Below are positions 8,600-17,234 of a DNA stretch of 32,000 bases, piece after piece. The DNA lies in the NCBI GenBank assembly GCA_018715625.1, contig DVLG01000071.1, forward strand, positions 16,442 through 48,441, given 5' to 3'. Position 1 is the stretch's first letter. Each line of letters opens with the position of its first letter. Below the pieces are notes generated by a model that searched no databases, was not told the DNA's origin, and was given only the letters and a program-made list of their open reading frames with translations. This DNA is from Candidatus Scatovivens faecipullorum (GTDB lineage Bacteria > Bacillota > Clostridia > TANB77 > CAG-508). Position numbers and translations under genes: made by a program.

Positions 8600-9856
8600 T
8601 TAATCTCTTTCAATATCATTAGTTTTATTTATAGTATCAGAATTATTACGATTTACTTTTGCATTTTCTATAGCTTGTTTTTCATCAACAGTAACTTTAG
8701 GAACAAAATCTTCTTGTTCTATTTTATCATTTTCTAATGCTTCTAAATATTCTAATACTTCATTTTGCTTTTCTGTACCATACATTTCTTCTAATTCTTC
8801 TAGACTATATTCACAAGGAAGACAACTTTTTAATTCTGTTATACCTAAATCTAACATAGTTTCAGCTCCTTGAAAAAATTGCCCTATCATTCTACTTTCT
8901 ATACCTTTACCATCAGGAGTTGAAAACATATATATTTGTCCATCTCTAAACACACCTATTCCTGGATTAGTTGGATCTAAAATTAGTGTAATATTTTCAT
9001 CTGGAACATCTACCGCTGTTACCATGTGATTCCCAGTTATGGAAACAATTCCATCTCCACTTTCTTGTTCTTTATCTTCACCAGCAACAGTTTCATTTGT
9101 TTCTATTATATTTCTATCAATATTAGCTAAATTATATTCCTCTCCAGACATATATACCACAATATTTCTAGCATTATATTCTGGATTTATAGCATTTAAT
9201 TTTGCTGTTATATCATCTGCAAAATTTCTACATACCCCAACTTTATCAATATATAAAGCTAATCTAGAAAATCCTAGTGGTTCAGTTTCAGCTGTAGCAT
9301 ATCCATCAATTTCACTCCACATATCAGACATAACTTTCATAAAAATTTGTAAATCATCTAAATTCATAGATTGAATTTCTTTTGCATATTCATTGATTTT
9401 TTTATTATATCCTTGTATTTCCTCTGCATATTCAGTAGCATTCTTTGCTTTTTCTTGTTTACTCATAAAATCCAAAGTTCCTCCTGCTACTGGTGGAGTA
9501 AGTAGTGCAGTAGATAACATGACAGGAGCTATTCTATGAACAAATACATTTTTAATCCTGTTCAAAATACTTTTAGGTTTACTTCCCGTTTCATTATATA
9601 TTTCTTGCTCTTGCATTTTATATATATATTTATTATAAGTATTTTCTCCATATTTTCTATAAATATCTTCCCATCTTCCTTTTTCAAAAAGCTCCTTAAC
9701 CTCTGCCTTTTGATATTTTCTTGGAACAGCAAGTTTAAAAATAGTTTGTCCATAAACTTCAAAAATTTTATCATATTCTTTTGATTTTCGAAGATTCATT
9801 ATGTCTTTAAATCTTTCTGTAGTTCTTGCACTCCTCTTTAGTTCTTTTTTATCCAT
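8600..9856 (-). CDS. Membrane-anchored protein with a transglutaminase-like Cys-His-Asp core
   Basis: GGAG SD. One predicted TM (VHRIAPVMLSTALLTPPVAGG). GVCRNFA (Cys209, codon 9230-9232), GNHMVTAV (His277) and LILDPTN (Asp294, codon 8975-8977) occur in the order and spacing typical of the transglutaminase-like cysteine peptidase fold. Confidence 0.6.
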   Translation of the reverse strand: MDKKELKRSARTTERFKDIMNLRKSKEYDKIFEVYGQTIFKLAVPRKYQKAEVKELFEKGRWEDIYRKYGENTYNKYIYKMQEQEIYNETGSKPKSILNRIKNVFVHRIAPVMLSTALLTPPVAGGTLDFMSKQEKAKNATEYAEEIQGYNKKINEYAKEIQSMNLDDLQIFMKVMSDMWSEIDGYATAETEPLGFSRLALYIDKVGVCRNFADDITAKLNAINPEYNARNIVVYMSGEEYNLANIDRNIIETNETVAGEDKEQESGDGIVSITGNHMVTAVDVPDENITLILDPTNPGIGVFRDGQIYMFSTPDGKGIESRMIGQFFQGAETMLDLGITELKSCLPCEYSLEELEEMYGTEKQNEVLEYLEALENDKIEQEDFVPKVTVDEKQAIENAKVNRNNSDTINKTNDIERD

Positions 9857-9905
9857 AAAATGCTCCTTTTATCACATCTTTTATACTACTATAATATCCT
9901 TAATA

Positions 9906-10466
9906 TCATTTAATATCAATAGTAAAAAAATTAGTATTTTTCGCTATATTTTTATAAAAACTTTTCATCTGATTAATAGCTTCATGTATTTTTACTTCTT
10001 TTATGTTCATTCTATATACCAATAAATCATATTTTACACCAAAAAGTTTATAATTTATATCAGATAACTTTTCGAATCCATTCCTGTAATAAAAATTATT
10101 TCGTTTTTCAATTATTTTTAAACTTTTTTCATCTTTATTTCCATCATCTGCTTCTACTTCAATTATTATATATTGATTGTTTTTAAAATAATCAATAATT
10201 TCTTTTATCATTTGACTTCCATAACCGCTATTCCTACTATTTTTATTTATTGCTAAATATACTATAAAAACAATTTTCTTTTCCTCTTTAGTTATAAAGT
10301 ACCCTTGCCTTTTATTATTAATATAAAAACTATATGCACTCATAGTTTTATTTTTTATAGCAGTTTTATATCTTGAATATGGCATTCTTTCATCTGACGG
10401 AAAATCACTCATAATTCCTGTCAAATATATTTTTTTTGCTTCTTTTAAATTTTCTTTTTTAATCAT
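9906..10466 (-). CDS. GNAT family N-acetyltransferase
   Basis: 186 aa. Acetyl-CoA loop motif RNSGYGSQMIKEII and C-terminal NNFYYRNGF. AGAGGA SD. Confidence 0.8.
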   Translation of the reverse strand: MIKKENLKEAKKIYLTGIMSDFPSDERMPYSRYKTAIKNKTMSAYSFYINNKRQGYFITKEEKKIVFIVYLAINKNSRNSGYGSQMIKEIIDYFKNNQYIIIEVEADDGNKDEKSLKIIEKRNNFYYRNGFEKLSDINYKLFGVKYDLLVYRMNIKEVKIHEAINQMKSFYKNIAKNTNFFTIDIK

Positions 10467-10495
10467 AATTTCCTCTTTTATTTAAATTTTATTTT

Positions 10496-10526
10496 AAAAA
10501 AGGAAAAGAGCAAAATTCTCTTTTCC
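10496..10526 (-). terminator. Intrinsic terminator downstream of the ABC-F gene
   Basis: The minus strand reads ggaaaagag-aattttg-ctcttttcc followed by tttttt. It lies 9 nt after the stop at 10535. Confidence 0.65.
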
Positions 10527-10534
10527 TTCTTATA

Positions 10535-12121
10535 TTATTTGCTTTGTTCTTCTAAATATTCATCATAAGTACATTCTCTTACTATAACATTATTATTACT
10601 AATATCTATTATTTTATTTGCAACAGTCTGTGTTAGTTGATGATCATGTGATGTAAATAATAGTATTCCTTTATATTTTTTCATTCCATCATTTAGTGCT
10701 GTAATTGATTCCATATCTAAATGATTAGTTGGTTCATCAAATATTAAAAAGTTGGCTCCTGAAAGCATTAATTTTGAAAGTACGCATCTTACTTTTTCTC
10801 CTCCCGAAAGTACTTCTACTTTTTTTAATGCCTCTTCTCCAGAAAATAACATTCTTCCTAAAAAGCTTCTTACATAAGTTTCATCTGGGTCTTTTGAATA
10901 CTGACGAAGCCAATCTGTAATACTTAAATCTTGATTAAATAAATAATTATTATCTTTTGGGAAATAATCTTTTGTTATTGTTGTACCCCAGATTAACTCT
11001 CCATCATCTGGCTCCATTTCTCCAGCAATTATCTGGAATAAAACAGTTTTTGCAATTTCATTATCTGACAAAAGAGCTATTTTATCTTCTCTTTTTACTG
11101 TAAAACTAATATTATCTAAAATTTTTTCTCCATTTATGGTTTTTGATATATTTTTAACTTCTAAAATTTCTTTTCCTGGCTCTCTATCTGGTTTAAAATC
11201 TATATAAGGATATTTTCTGTTAGAAGGTTTTATTTCCTCTAATTCAATTTTCTCTAAAGATTTTTTTCTAGAAGTAGCTTGTTTTGACTTTGAAGCATTT
11301 GCACTAAATCTAGCAATAAAATCTTGAAGTTCTTTAATTCTTTCTTCTTTTTTCTTATTTGCCTCTTTCATTTGTTTTAATGCAAGTTGGCTAGATTCAT
11401 ACCAAAAATCATAATTTCCAGGATATACTTTAATTTTTCCAAAATCTACATCTGCTATATGTGTACAAACTTTATTTAAAAAGTATCTATCATGAGATAC
11501 AACAATTACTGTATTTTCAAAATCAATTAGGAAATCTTGTAACCAATTAATAGTTTTTATATCCAAATCATTAGTAGGCTCATCTAATAAAAGAACATCT
11601 GGATTTCCAAACAATGCCTGTGCTAAAAGTACTTTAACTTTATCTTTAGCCTCTATTTCACTCATATATTTATAATGTAAATCTGTATCTATTCCTAAAT
11701 CATTTAAAAGCTTAGCAGCATCGGATTCTGCATTCCAACCATCTAGCTCAGCAAATCTTTCTTCAAGTTTTGCAGCCTTCATACCATCTTCTTCTGAAAA
11801 ATCTGGTTTAGCATATATAGCATCTTTTTCTTTCATTATTTTATAAAGTTCACTGTTTCCCATCATAACAGTATCTATAACTGTATATCCTTCAAAAGCA
11901 TAGTGATCTTGCTTTAAAACAGATAATCTTTCACCTTTATCCAAAATAACTTCACCTTTGTTAGGTTCTATTTCTCCTGATAAAATTTTTAGAAAAGTTG
12001 ATTTTCCTGCACCATTAGCTCCTATTAAACCATAGCAATTTCCTTTTGTAAATTTAATAGTTACGTCTTCAAAAAGTACTCTTTTTCCAAATCTTAATGT
12101 TACACCATTTGATAAAAGCAT
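10535..12121 (-). CDS. ABC-F family ATPase (two ABC domains, no TM; YbiT/EttA-like translation factor class)
   Basis: 528 aa. Walker A GANGAGKST, signature LSGGEKVR, LLLDEPTNDLD and FDEPTNHLD. A Lys/Glu-rich inter-domain linker. Strong SD AGGAGG. Confidence 0.9.
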   Translation of the reverse strand: MLLSNGVTLRFGKRVLFEDVTIKFTKGNCYGLIGANGAGKSTFLKILSGEIEPNKGEVILDKGERLSVLKQDHYAFEGYTVIDTVMMGNSELYKIMKEKDAIYAKPDFSEEDGMKAAKLEERFAELDGWNAESDAAKLLNDLGIDTDLHYKYMSEIEAKDKVKVLLAQALFGNPDVLLLDEPTNDLDIKTINWLQDFLIDFENTVIVVSHDRYFLNKVCTHIADVDFGKIKVYPGNYDFWYESSQLALKQMKEANKKKEERIKELQDFIARFSANASKSKQATSRKKSLEKIELEEIKPSNRKYPYIDFKPDREPGKEILEVKNISKTINGEKILDNISFTVKREDKIALLSDNEIAKTVLFQIIAGEMEPDDGELIWGTTITKDYFPKDNNYLFNQDLSITDWLRQYSKDPDETYVRSFLGRMLFSGEEALKKVEVLSGGEKVRCVLSKLMLSGANFLIFDEPTNHLDMESITALNDGMKKYKGILLFTSHDHQLTQTVANKIIDISNNNVIVRECTYDEYLEEQSK

Positions 12122-12153
12122 TTTTTTAACCTCCTAATTATTTTAACCATATT

Positions 12154-12182
12154 ATTATACCTTATTTTTATTTATATTTCAA
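12154..12182 (-). promoter_or_regulatory. Putative sigma-A promoter of the ABC-F gene (TTGAAA, 17 nt, TATAAT)
   Basis: The minus strand reads ttgaaa tataaataaaaataagg tataat. The -10 is at 12154-12159 and the -35 at 12177-12182. Confidence 0.45.
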
Positions 12183-12239
12183 ATATTTTGTGAAAATTAT
12201 GTTATATTAAATCATTCTTATTTGTTTAATTATTATTTT

Positions 12240-12268
12240 TTGACTTATGTAAACGAAAGTGGTATAAT
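12240..12268 (+). promoter_or_regulatory. Near-consensus sigma-A promoter (TTGACT, 17 nt, TGgTATAAT) driving the 98-aa ORF locus
   Basis: ttgact (12240-12245), 17-nt spacer tatgtaaacgaaagtgg, tataat (12263-12268), with an extended -10 TG. Confidence 0.6.
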
Positions 12269-12330
12269 ATGTATATGTTTGAGTAATCAAACTATTGAAA
12301 ATTGAATAAGGATTTCTAGTTCAGATTGGG

Positions 12331-12347
12331 TTTTGATGTGCTCCGGA
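12331..12347. repeat. Left copy of a 17-bp perfect inverted repeat (ttttgatgtgctccgga) in the 5' UTR, ending 5 nt before the SD
   Basis: Exact reverse complement of 12737-12753. It is relatively GC-rich in an AT-rich context. SD gaaggag lies at 12353-12359. Confidence 0.9.
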
Positions 12348-12368
12348 TTATTGAAGGAGTGATGTACA

Positions 12369-12665
12369 ATGGAAAAAAATATAAAAGAAATACAAATTAT
12401 AAACCATTTAATTCAAAAACACATTGAAACCATAAAAAGTGAAGACATAAAAAGACAAGATAAAGAACTTAATTATTTACTTATTAAAGAAGCTGTTGAA
12501 GCTTTAGTCAGAGAATACAAACAATCTACTACCATCCGTACTAAAAGATACTTACAAAAATCAATAATTGAAGTTAATGAAACCTTGTTTGCTTACCTTG
12601 CTGAATACAATAGATATGACAACAAGATCTTAGAGCTTTATGCTATGCTCGACGAGTTTATATAA
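12369..12665 (+). CDS. Hypothetical 98-aa helical protein
   Basis: GAAGGAG SD 9 nt upstream of the ATG. Hydrophilic sequence MEKNIKEIQIINHLIQKHIETIK...LELYAMLDEFI. No family recognised. Confidence 0.6.
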   Translation: MEKNIKEIQIINHLIQKHIETIKSEDIKRQDKELNYLLIKEAVEALVREYKQSTTIRTKRYLQKSIIEVNETLFAYLAEYNRYDNKILELYAMLDEFI

Positions 12666-12674
12666 AACAAATAA

Positions 12675-12724
12675 AAAAGTCTTCCTAAAAATCTGAACCT
12701 AGCCGGGATCAGTGGAAGACTTTT
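12675..12724. other. 11-bp stem (aaaagtcttcc/ggaagactttt) with a 28-nt loop that displays a 12-nt complement to the 5' UTR
   Basis: The loop segment aatctgaacctag (12690-12702) pairs with ctagttcagatt (12316-12327), with a 1-nt bulge. On the plus strand the stem is followed by ttttcacg. On the minus strand it is followed by ttttttatttgtttt. Confidence 0.55.
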
Positions 12725-12736
12725 CACGAAAAAAAT

Positions 12737-12753
12737 TCCGGAGCACATCAAAA
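12737..12753. repeat. Right copy of the 17-bp perfect inverted repeat (tccggagcacatcaaaa) in the 3' UTR
   Basis: Exact reverse complement of 12331-12347. It overlaps the left arm of the local hairpin at 12746-12772. Confidence 0.9.
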
Positions 12754-12772
12754 TTCAAAATGAATTTTGATG
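12746..12772 (+). other. Perfect 11-bp hairpin (catcaaaattc-aaaat-gaattttgatg) competing with the long-range pairing
   Basis: Read directly from the sequence. The right arm plus the following t repeats the ttttgatgt of the 5' UTR repeat, so the 5' element and this arm compete for the same partner. Confidence 0.6.
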
Positions 12773-12831
12773 TCCTTATTCATATTATAATAAAATGTTT
12801 TATAAAAGTCAATTTTTTAACCTTTTACTCT

Positions 12832-12866
12832 GATAAACCATATATATGGTTTATCTTTTTATTTTT
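12832..12866 (+). terminator. Strong intrinsic terminator ending the 98-aa ORF transcript
   Basis: 24-nt perfect palindrome gataaaccatatatatggtttatc followed by tttttattttt. Confidence 0.7.
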
Positions 12867-12971
12867 GAGTTTTGTTTTATATCTTTTTTATATCATTTCT
12901 ATTAATATACTTGATGTTTTTTAAAATTAAATATAAAATATAAATATATTGTATAAAGGGAGGAATAATTT

Positions 12972-13619
12972 ATGGGAAAAATAAATAATGAGCACGATTC
13001 TCAAAATAGCAGTACCTTTATGCAAGATGATTTAGATACTTCTTTTGAAATTAAAGAATCATTATTTGACAAAATAAAATCAGCTTTAACAAGGCCTCGA
13101 CTTGGTCCAGGAAATAATGTAAAAACAACAAATATGAGTTTTAATTCTTGGAGTATTCGAGCAACTTTTCGTAAAGCTCTTGAAGCTGTTTCTAATGGAA
13201 TGTCTAATATTATGAGAAAAAAAGAACCAGAAATAAAAAATGGTTTTTCTACTATAGTAATAGGAAATGATGAGCAAACTAAATCTAAAGATTTGAATAT
13301 TAACGAAAAAGAAACTGTTCAAGCTCCAAATATATTTATACCTGGAAAAATACCTGGTTTAAAAACAACAGCTAAAGTTTCAACAACTCCAGATTTATTA
13401 GTTGGTAATGCACATGCACAAAAATCATCTGAGAAACCAGAAGAATTAAAGGTAGAAAGCTTAACAGTCGATGAGGAAAATTTACTAAAAGAAGAAGATA
13501 AAACAAAAACTTCACAAGCTCAAGATAAAGAAGTTAATAAATCTTCTCTAAAACCTGAAACTATTAATGTTGGAAATAAAACACAAGAAAAACAAACAGA
13601 AGAAGATAGAAGTATATAA
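12972..13619 (+). CDS. Hypothetical protein, Lys/Glu/Thr-rich and probably disordered
   Basis: Strong SD AGGGAGG 8 nt upstream. 215 aa, no TM, no recognised motif. Followed by a clean terminator. Confidence 0.65.
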   Translation: MGKINNEHDSQNSSTFMQDDLDTSFEIKESLFDKIKSALTRPRLGPGNNVKTTNMSFNSWSIRATFRKALEAVSNGMSNIMRKKEPEIKNGFSTIVIGNDEQTKSKDLNINEKETVQAPNIFIPGKIPGLKTTAKVSTTPDLLVGNAHAQKSSEKPEELKVESLTVDEENLLKEEDKTKTSQAQDKEVNKSSLKPETINVGNKTQEKQTEEDRSI

Positions 13620-13622
13620 CAA

Positions 13623-13655
13623 AATCCTAGTAATAATTACTAGGATTTATATTTT
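13623..13655 (+). terminator. Intrinsic terminator
   Basis: aatcctagta-ataat-tactaggatt followed by tatatttt, directly after the stop at 13619. Confidence 0.7.
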
Positions 13656-13857
13656 AGGTAAAATTAAAAATTCAATAATTAATTTTTCAAATCTTTCTAC
13701 ATTTATTTCAATATTTTTATAATTTTTATTCTAATCTTTAAAAATAAAAAAACAAATAAATTATTATTAACATTTATTATATCTTATTTTTCAATAAAAA
13801 ACAATTCTTTTATTTTTTGTAGATTTTCTATATAATTTATACTGTGAGGTGATTATT

Positions 13858-15291
13858 TTGAATAAAAACTATGATTTAATAATTGTTGGTGCAGGACCAA
13901 GTGGAGTTTTTACAGCTTATGAGTTAATCGAACTTGGAATTGCCAAAAATAAAAAAATCCTTATTATTGAACAAGGAAAACCTGTTGAAAAACGCTACTG
14001 TCCTGTTGAAAAAACTGGAAAATGTACAAAATGCAAACCTTATTGTAATATCACAAGTGGATTTTCAGGAGCAGGTGCTTTTTCTGATGGAAAACTTACT
14101 TTACCAAATAAAGATAGTGACACTATTGAAGTTGGAGGTATTCTAGATAAATATCTCGGTGTTGAAGAAACAAAAAAACTTATGTATTATACAGATAATA
14201 TTTATCTTAAATTTGGTGCAGATACTAAGCTTGAAGGGTTAGAATATCAAGATGAAATTAAAGAAATTTCAGAAAAAGCAAAAGAAAATGGAATTATTTT
14301 AGCTAACTGTCCTATTAGACATTTAGGAACAGAAAAAAGTCATGAGCTATATAAAAAAATACAAGATTATCTCTTAAAAAATAATATAGAAATTATATTC
14401 AATTCTCATACAAAAGATTTAATTATTGAAAATAACACAATTTCTGGAGTAATTGTGGAAAATTTAGAAACATCTGACACAATTTCATATTTTTCTAGAA
14501 ATGTTGTTTTAGGGATTGGACGAAAAGGTGCTGATTGGCTTGCAAAAATGTGTGAAAAGCATTCTATTAAAAATCGTGCTGGTATTGTTGATATTGGGGT
14601 TAGATATGAACTTCCAGATTCAACTATGAAAAATATAAATAAATATCTTTATGAAGGTAAGTTTGTTGGTCATCTTCCACCATATAAAGATAAAGTTAGA
14701 ACTTTTTGCCAAAATCCAAGTGGTTTTGTTGCAAATGAAGTTTATGATAATAATCTTACTTTAGTAAATGGCCATTCTTATAAAGATAGAAAAAGTACTA
14801 ATACTAATTTAGCTATTCTTGCCTCACATCATTTTAGCGATCCTTTTGAAGAACCAATAAAATATGGCATAAATATTGCTGAAAATGCTAATCAACTTGG
14901 AAAAGGAAATGTTCTAGTTCAACGTCTTGGAGATATATTAGATGGAAAACGTACTTGGGAAAAAGATTTAAAAACTAATAGTGTAATTCCAACACTAAAA
15001 ACTGCTGTTGCTGGCGATATTACTTATGCTATTGGTTACAGAACTATGACAGATATTTTAGAATTCATTAAAGCAATGGATAAAGTTATTCCTGGATTTG
15101 CTCATCCTGATAACCTTTTATATGCTGCAGAAATAAAATTCTATTCAAATGAATTAATAATTGATAATAATTTTCAAACTAGTGTTAATGGTTTATTCTC
15201 TATTGGCGATGGTGGAGGATTAACTCGTGGACTTATTATGGCTTCTAGTAGTGGTGTGCAAATGGCAAGAATATTAAGTAATGTAATATAA
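13858..15291 (+). CDS. FAD-dependent oxidoreductase (COG2509-type uncharacterised FAD-dependent dehydrogenase)
   Basis: Dinucleotide-binding motif YDLIIVGAGPSGVFTAYEL and C-terminal GLFSIGDGGGLTRG. I prefer the TTG at 13858, 6 nt after GAGGTG, over the GTG at 13849. Confidence 0.82.
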   Translation: MNKNYDLIIVGAGPSGVFTAYELIELGIAKNKKILIIEQGKPVEKRYCPVEKTGKCTKCKPYCNITSGFSGAGAFSDGKLTLPNKDSDTIEVGGILDKYLGVEETKKLMYYTDNIYLKFGADTKLEGLEYQDEIKEISEKAKENGIILANCPIRHLGTEKSHELYKKIQDYLLKNNIEIIFNSHTKDLIIENNTISGVIVENLETSDTISYFSRNVVLGIGRKGADWLAKMCEKHSIKNRAGIVDIGVRYELPDSTMKNINKYLYEGKFVGHLPPYKDKVRTFCQNPSGFVANEVYDNNLTLVNGHSYKDRKSTNTNLAILASHHFSDPFEEPIKYGINIAENANQLGKGNVLVQRLGDILDGKRTWEKDLKTNSVIPTLKTAVAGDITYAIGYRTMTDILEFIKAMDKVIPGFAHPDNLLYAAEIKFYSNELIIDNNFQTSVNGLFSIGDGGGLTRGLIMASSSGVQMARILSNVI

Positions 15292-15373
15292 TATATATTA
15301 TAAATTTAGTATGTAAAATAAATGAATTGTTATTATATTATAAATTATAAGATTTCTAAAAGTCTATAATTCT

Positions 15374-15409
15374 CACAAATAAAGACATAGCAAAATCTGC
15401 TATGCCTTT
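15374..15409. terminator. Bidirectional terminator-like hairpin between the convergent FAD gene and the pcrA operon
   Basis: Stem catagca-aaatc-tgctatg, extended by aaaga/ccttt with one mismatch. T-rich on both sides. It abuts the stop at 15408. Confidence 0.45.
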
Positions 15410-17222
15410 ATTCTCTTTCTCCATTTTCATTTAAAGTTTTAGTTAAAAATTCATCAATTGAGCTTGTACTTACCTGGAAGCCTTTTCCACTTGCTAAATG
15501 ATACTTAGCCTTATAATAATCTGCAAGTTGTGATAATCCTTTATATTGTGAAGCAAGTAATACATCTATACCTGCTCTATTTTTTTCTATATAAGGAACA
15601 AACTTTAATGGTTGCGACTTTACTTTCTCATCTTTAAGTAATCTTCCTGCCATTGCTTGCAAATATCTAATATCTATTGAAGCATCTTTTTTGTCTGTAA
15701 ACTCATATCTTAAATAATTTTCTTCAGTTTCATCTATCAATTCTGTTGGTAAACTAAATCTTAGTGTTCTTTCTAAAAGTTTTTTTATTTTTTCTCGATT
15801 CTCAAAAGACATTTTAGCAATATCTATTACATTACCATTCTTATCGATTTTAAATGTACCATATCCACCTAAAGCACCTTCAACAAGTCTAGGCATTTCA
15901 TAATCTTCTGCCTTTTTTTGAAGCTCTTTTACTCTATTTTGAGTTGTAAATTGATTTGCATTTGTTACCATAAAAAGACTCAATCTTATACCTGTTTTGT
16001 CTTCATAAGCTTTTAAACTTTTAAAAAATTCATTTACCTTTCTTGTGCCAATATCTTTTGTCAAACTTATATTATCTTTACCAAACCAAAAAAATATTAA
16101 TGGCTTTACTATTTCCCTTGCTGCTACTTTTTTCTCTTGAGAAATAACCTCTTGTTCCATCTTTCCTGTAGAACCTTCTGTTTTGCCAATTATCCTATCG
16201 CGTTCGGCCTTTTCTTGAACTTTTTTCAATTCTTCTACAGCTTTTCTTTGTCTTTTTTCAAAATCTTCAGCACGTTTTCTACTTTCTTCTAATTGCTTTT
16301 TTCTTAATTCTTCTATTTCTTTTATTCTTCTTAATTTTTCTGATTCTATTTTTAAAGAATTCATTTCTGCATACCTTTTTTCTAAATCTTTTAGTTTTTC
16401 TTCGAACTCTATCAAATCTTTTTGTTCAGATTCTGATTCTGACATATCTGAATAATATTCTATTATTTTTCCAAATGGTTTATTTAAAGTCTTTTTTACA
16501 AGCATCAAATTTTCAATTATATCTCTATAATCTTCTGTAGAAAAATAGTTTGAATATATTTTATAATCTGCATATATTTTTCGTTCTCTACCTTTTACAG
16601 AACTCTCTTTTTCTTTCATATAGTCTTCAATTCTCAGTTTTTTACTTTTTTTAAAGTTCATTAATGACATTAAAAAAGACTTATCAAAACAGAAAAATTC
16701 TTCTCTTATATTTTTGTTTTCAAACGCATTATACATCTGATTAAGAAACAATAAAGCACGTACATCTTCATCCGTAAATTTTTCATCTGCCTTAAAAGAA
16801 TCCCTCATGTCTGCTATTTTTTGTATATCTAAAAATCTATAATATTTTTTCATTAATTCACGTATTATAGCAAATTTTTGAGCATTAGAAAGATTTTCAA
16901 ATTTTTCTAATGAATATTCTGAAGAAACTAGCCCCATATATTTCCATGCTTTCACATCTCTTATTGAATTTATTAAATTTGTATAATATTCGTTAAGTAA
17001 AATTTCTAAGTCTTTTTCAAAAGCTTCTGCTTTTTCCGGAATTCTAGGCATACTTAACAAATTAGTTACTTGCCTTAAAACAAAGAAATTTTCTCCTATT
17101 TTATCTACAGCTCTATATTTTGGACGTCCTTTTAAAGGTCTAGCAATATCTAATTTCTTTTTAAAATCAGATATATCTAAACTTCCATTTTTATATGCAG
17201 TTACAATTTCTTCATATTCCAT
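15408..17222 (-). CDS. Hypothetical 604-aa protein with a central charged coiled-coil, co-transcribed with pcrA
   Basis: The start lies 12 nt downstream of the pcrA stop. The central segment is KIESEKLRRIKEIEELRKKQLEESRKRAEDFEKRQRKAVEELKKVQEKAERD. No family recognised. Confidence 0.8.
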   Translation of the reverse strand: MEYEEIVTAYKNGSLDISDFKKKLDIARPLKGRPKYRAVDKIGENFFVLRQVTNLLSMPRIPEKAEAFEKDLEILLNEYYTNLINSIRDVKAWKYMGLVSSEYSLEKFENLSNAQKFAIIRELMKKYYRFLDIQKIADMRDSFKADEKFTDEDVRALLFLNQMYNAFENKNIREEFFCFDKSFLMSLMNFKKSKKLRIEDYMKEKESSVKGRERKIYADYKIYSNYFSTEDYRDIIENLMLVKKTLNKPFGKIIEYYSDMSESESEQKDLIEFEEKLKDLEKRYAEMNSLKIESEKLRRIKEIEELRKKQLEESRKRAEDFEKRQRKAVEELKKVQEKAERDRIIGKTEGSTGKMEQEVISQEKKVAAREIVKPLIFFWFGKDNISLTKDIGTRKVNEFFKSLKAYEDKTGIRLSLFMVTNANQFTTQNRVKELQKKAEDYEMPRLVEGALGGYGTFKIDKNGNVIDIAKMSFENREKIKKLLERTLRFSLPTELIDETEENYLRYEFTDKKDASIDIRYLQAMAGRLLKDEKVKSQPLKFVPYIEKNRAGIDVLLASQYKGLSQLADYYKAKYHLASGKGFQVSTSSIDEFLTKTLNENGERE

Positions 17223-17234
17223 AATTAAAACTTT

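Noticed and set aside
12712-12924. 70-aa plus-strand ORF downstream of the 98-aa gene
   Set aside because: It has a GTG start and no SD. It runs through the 12746-12772 hairpin and the strong terminator at 12832-12866. Its F/I/L-rich sequence looks like translated AT-rich spacer.
15408-16110. Impression that the C-terminal ~230 aa of the pcrA-linked protein resembles a Cof-type HAD phosphatase lacking the DxD nucleophile (LIFFWFGKDN...)
   Set aside because: The resemblance rests on a few residues only, with no catalytic motifs. It is too weak to report as a domain call without a profile search.
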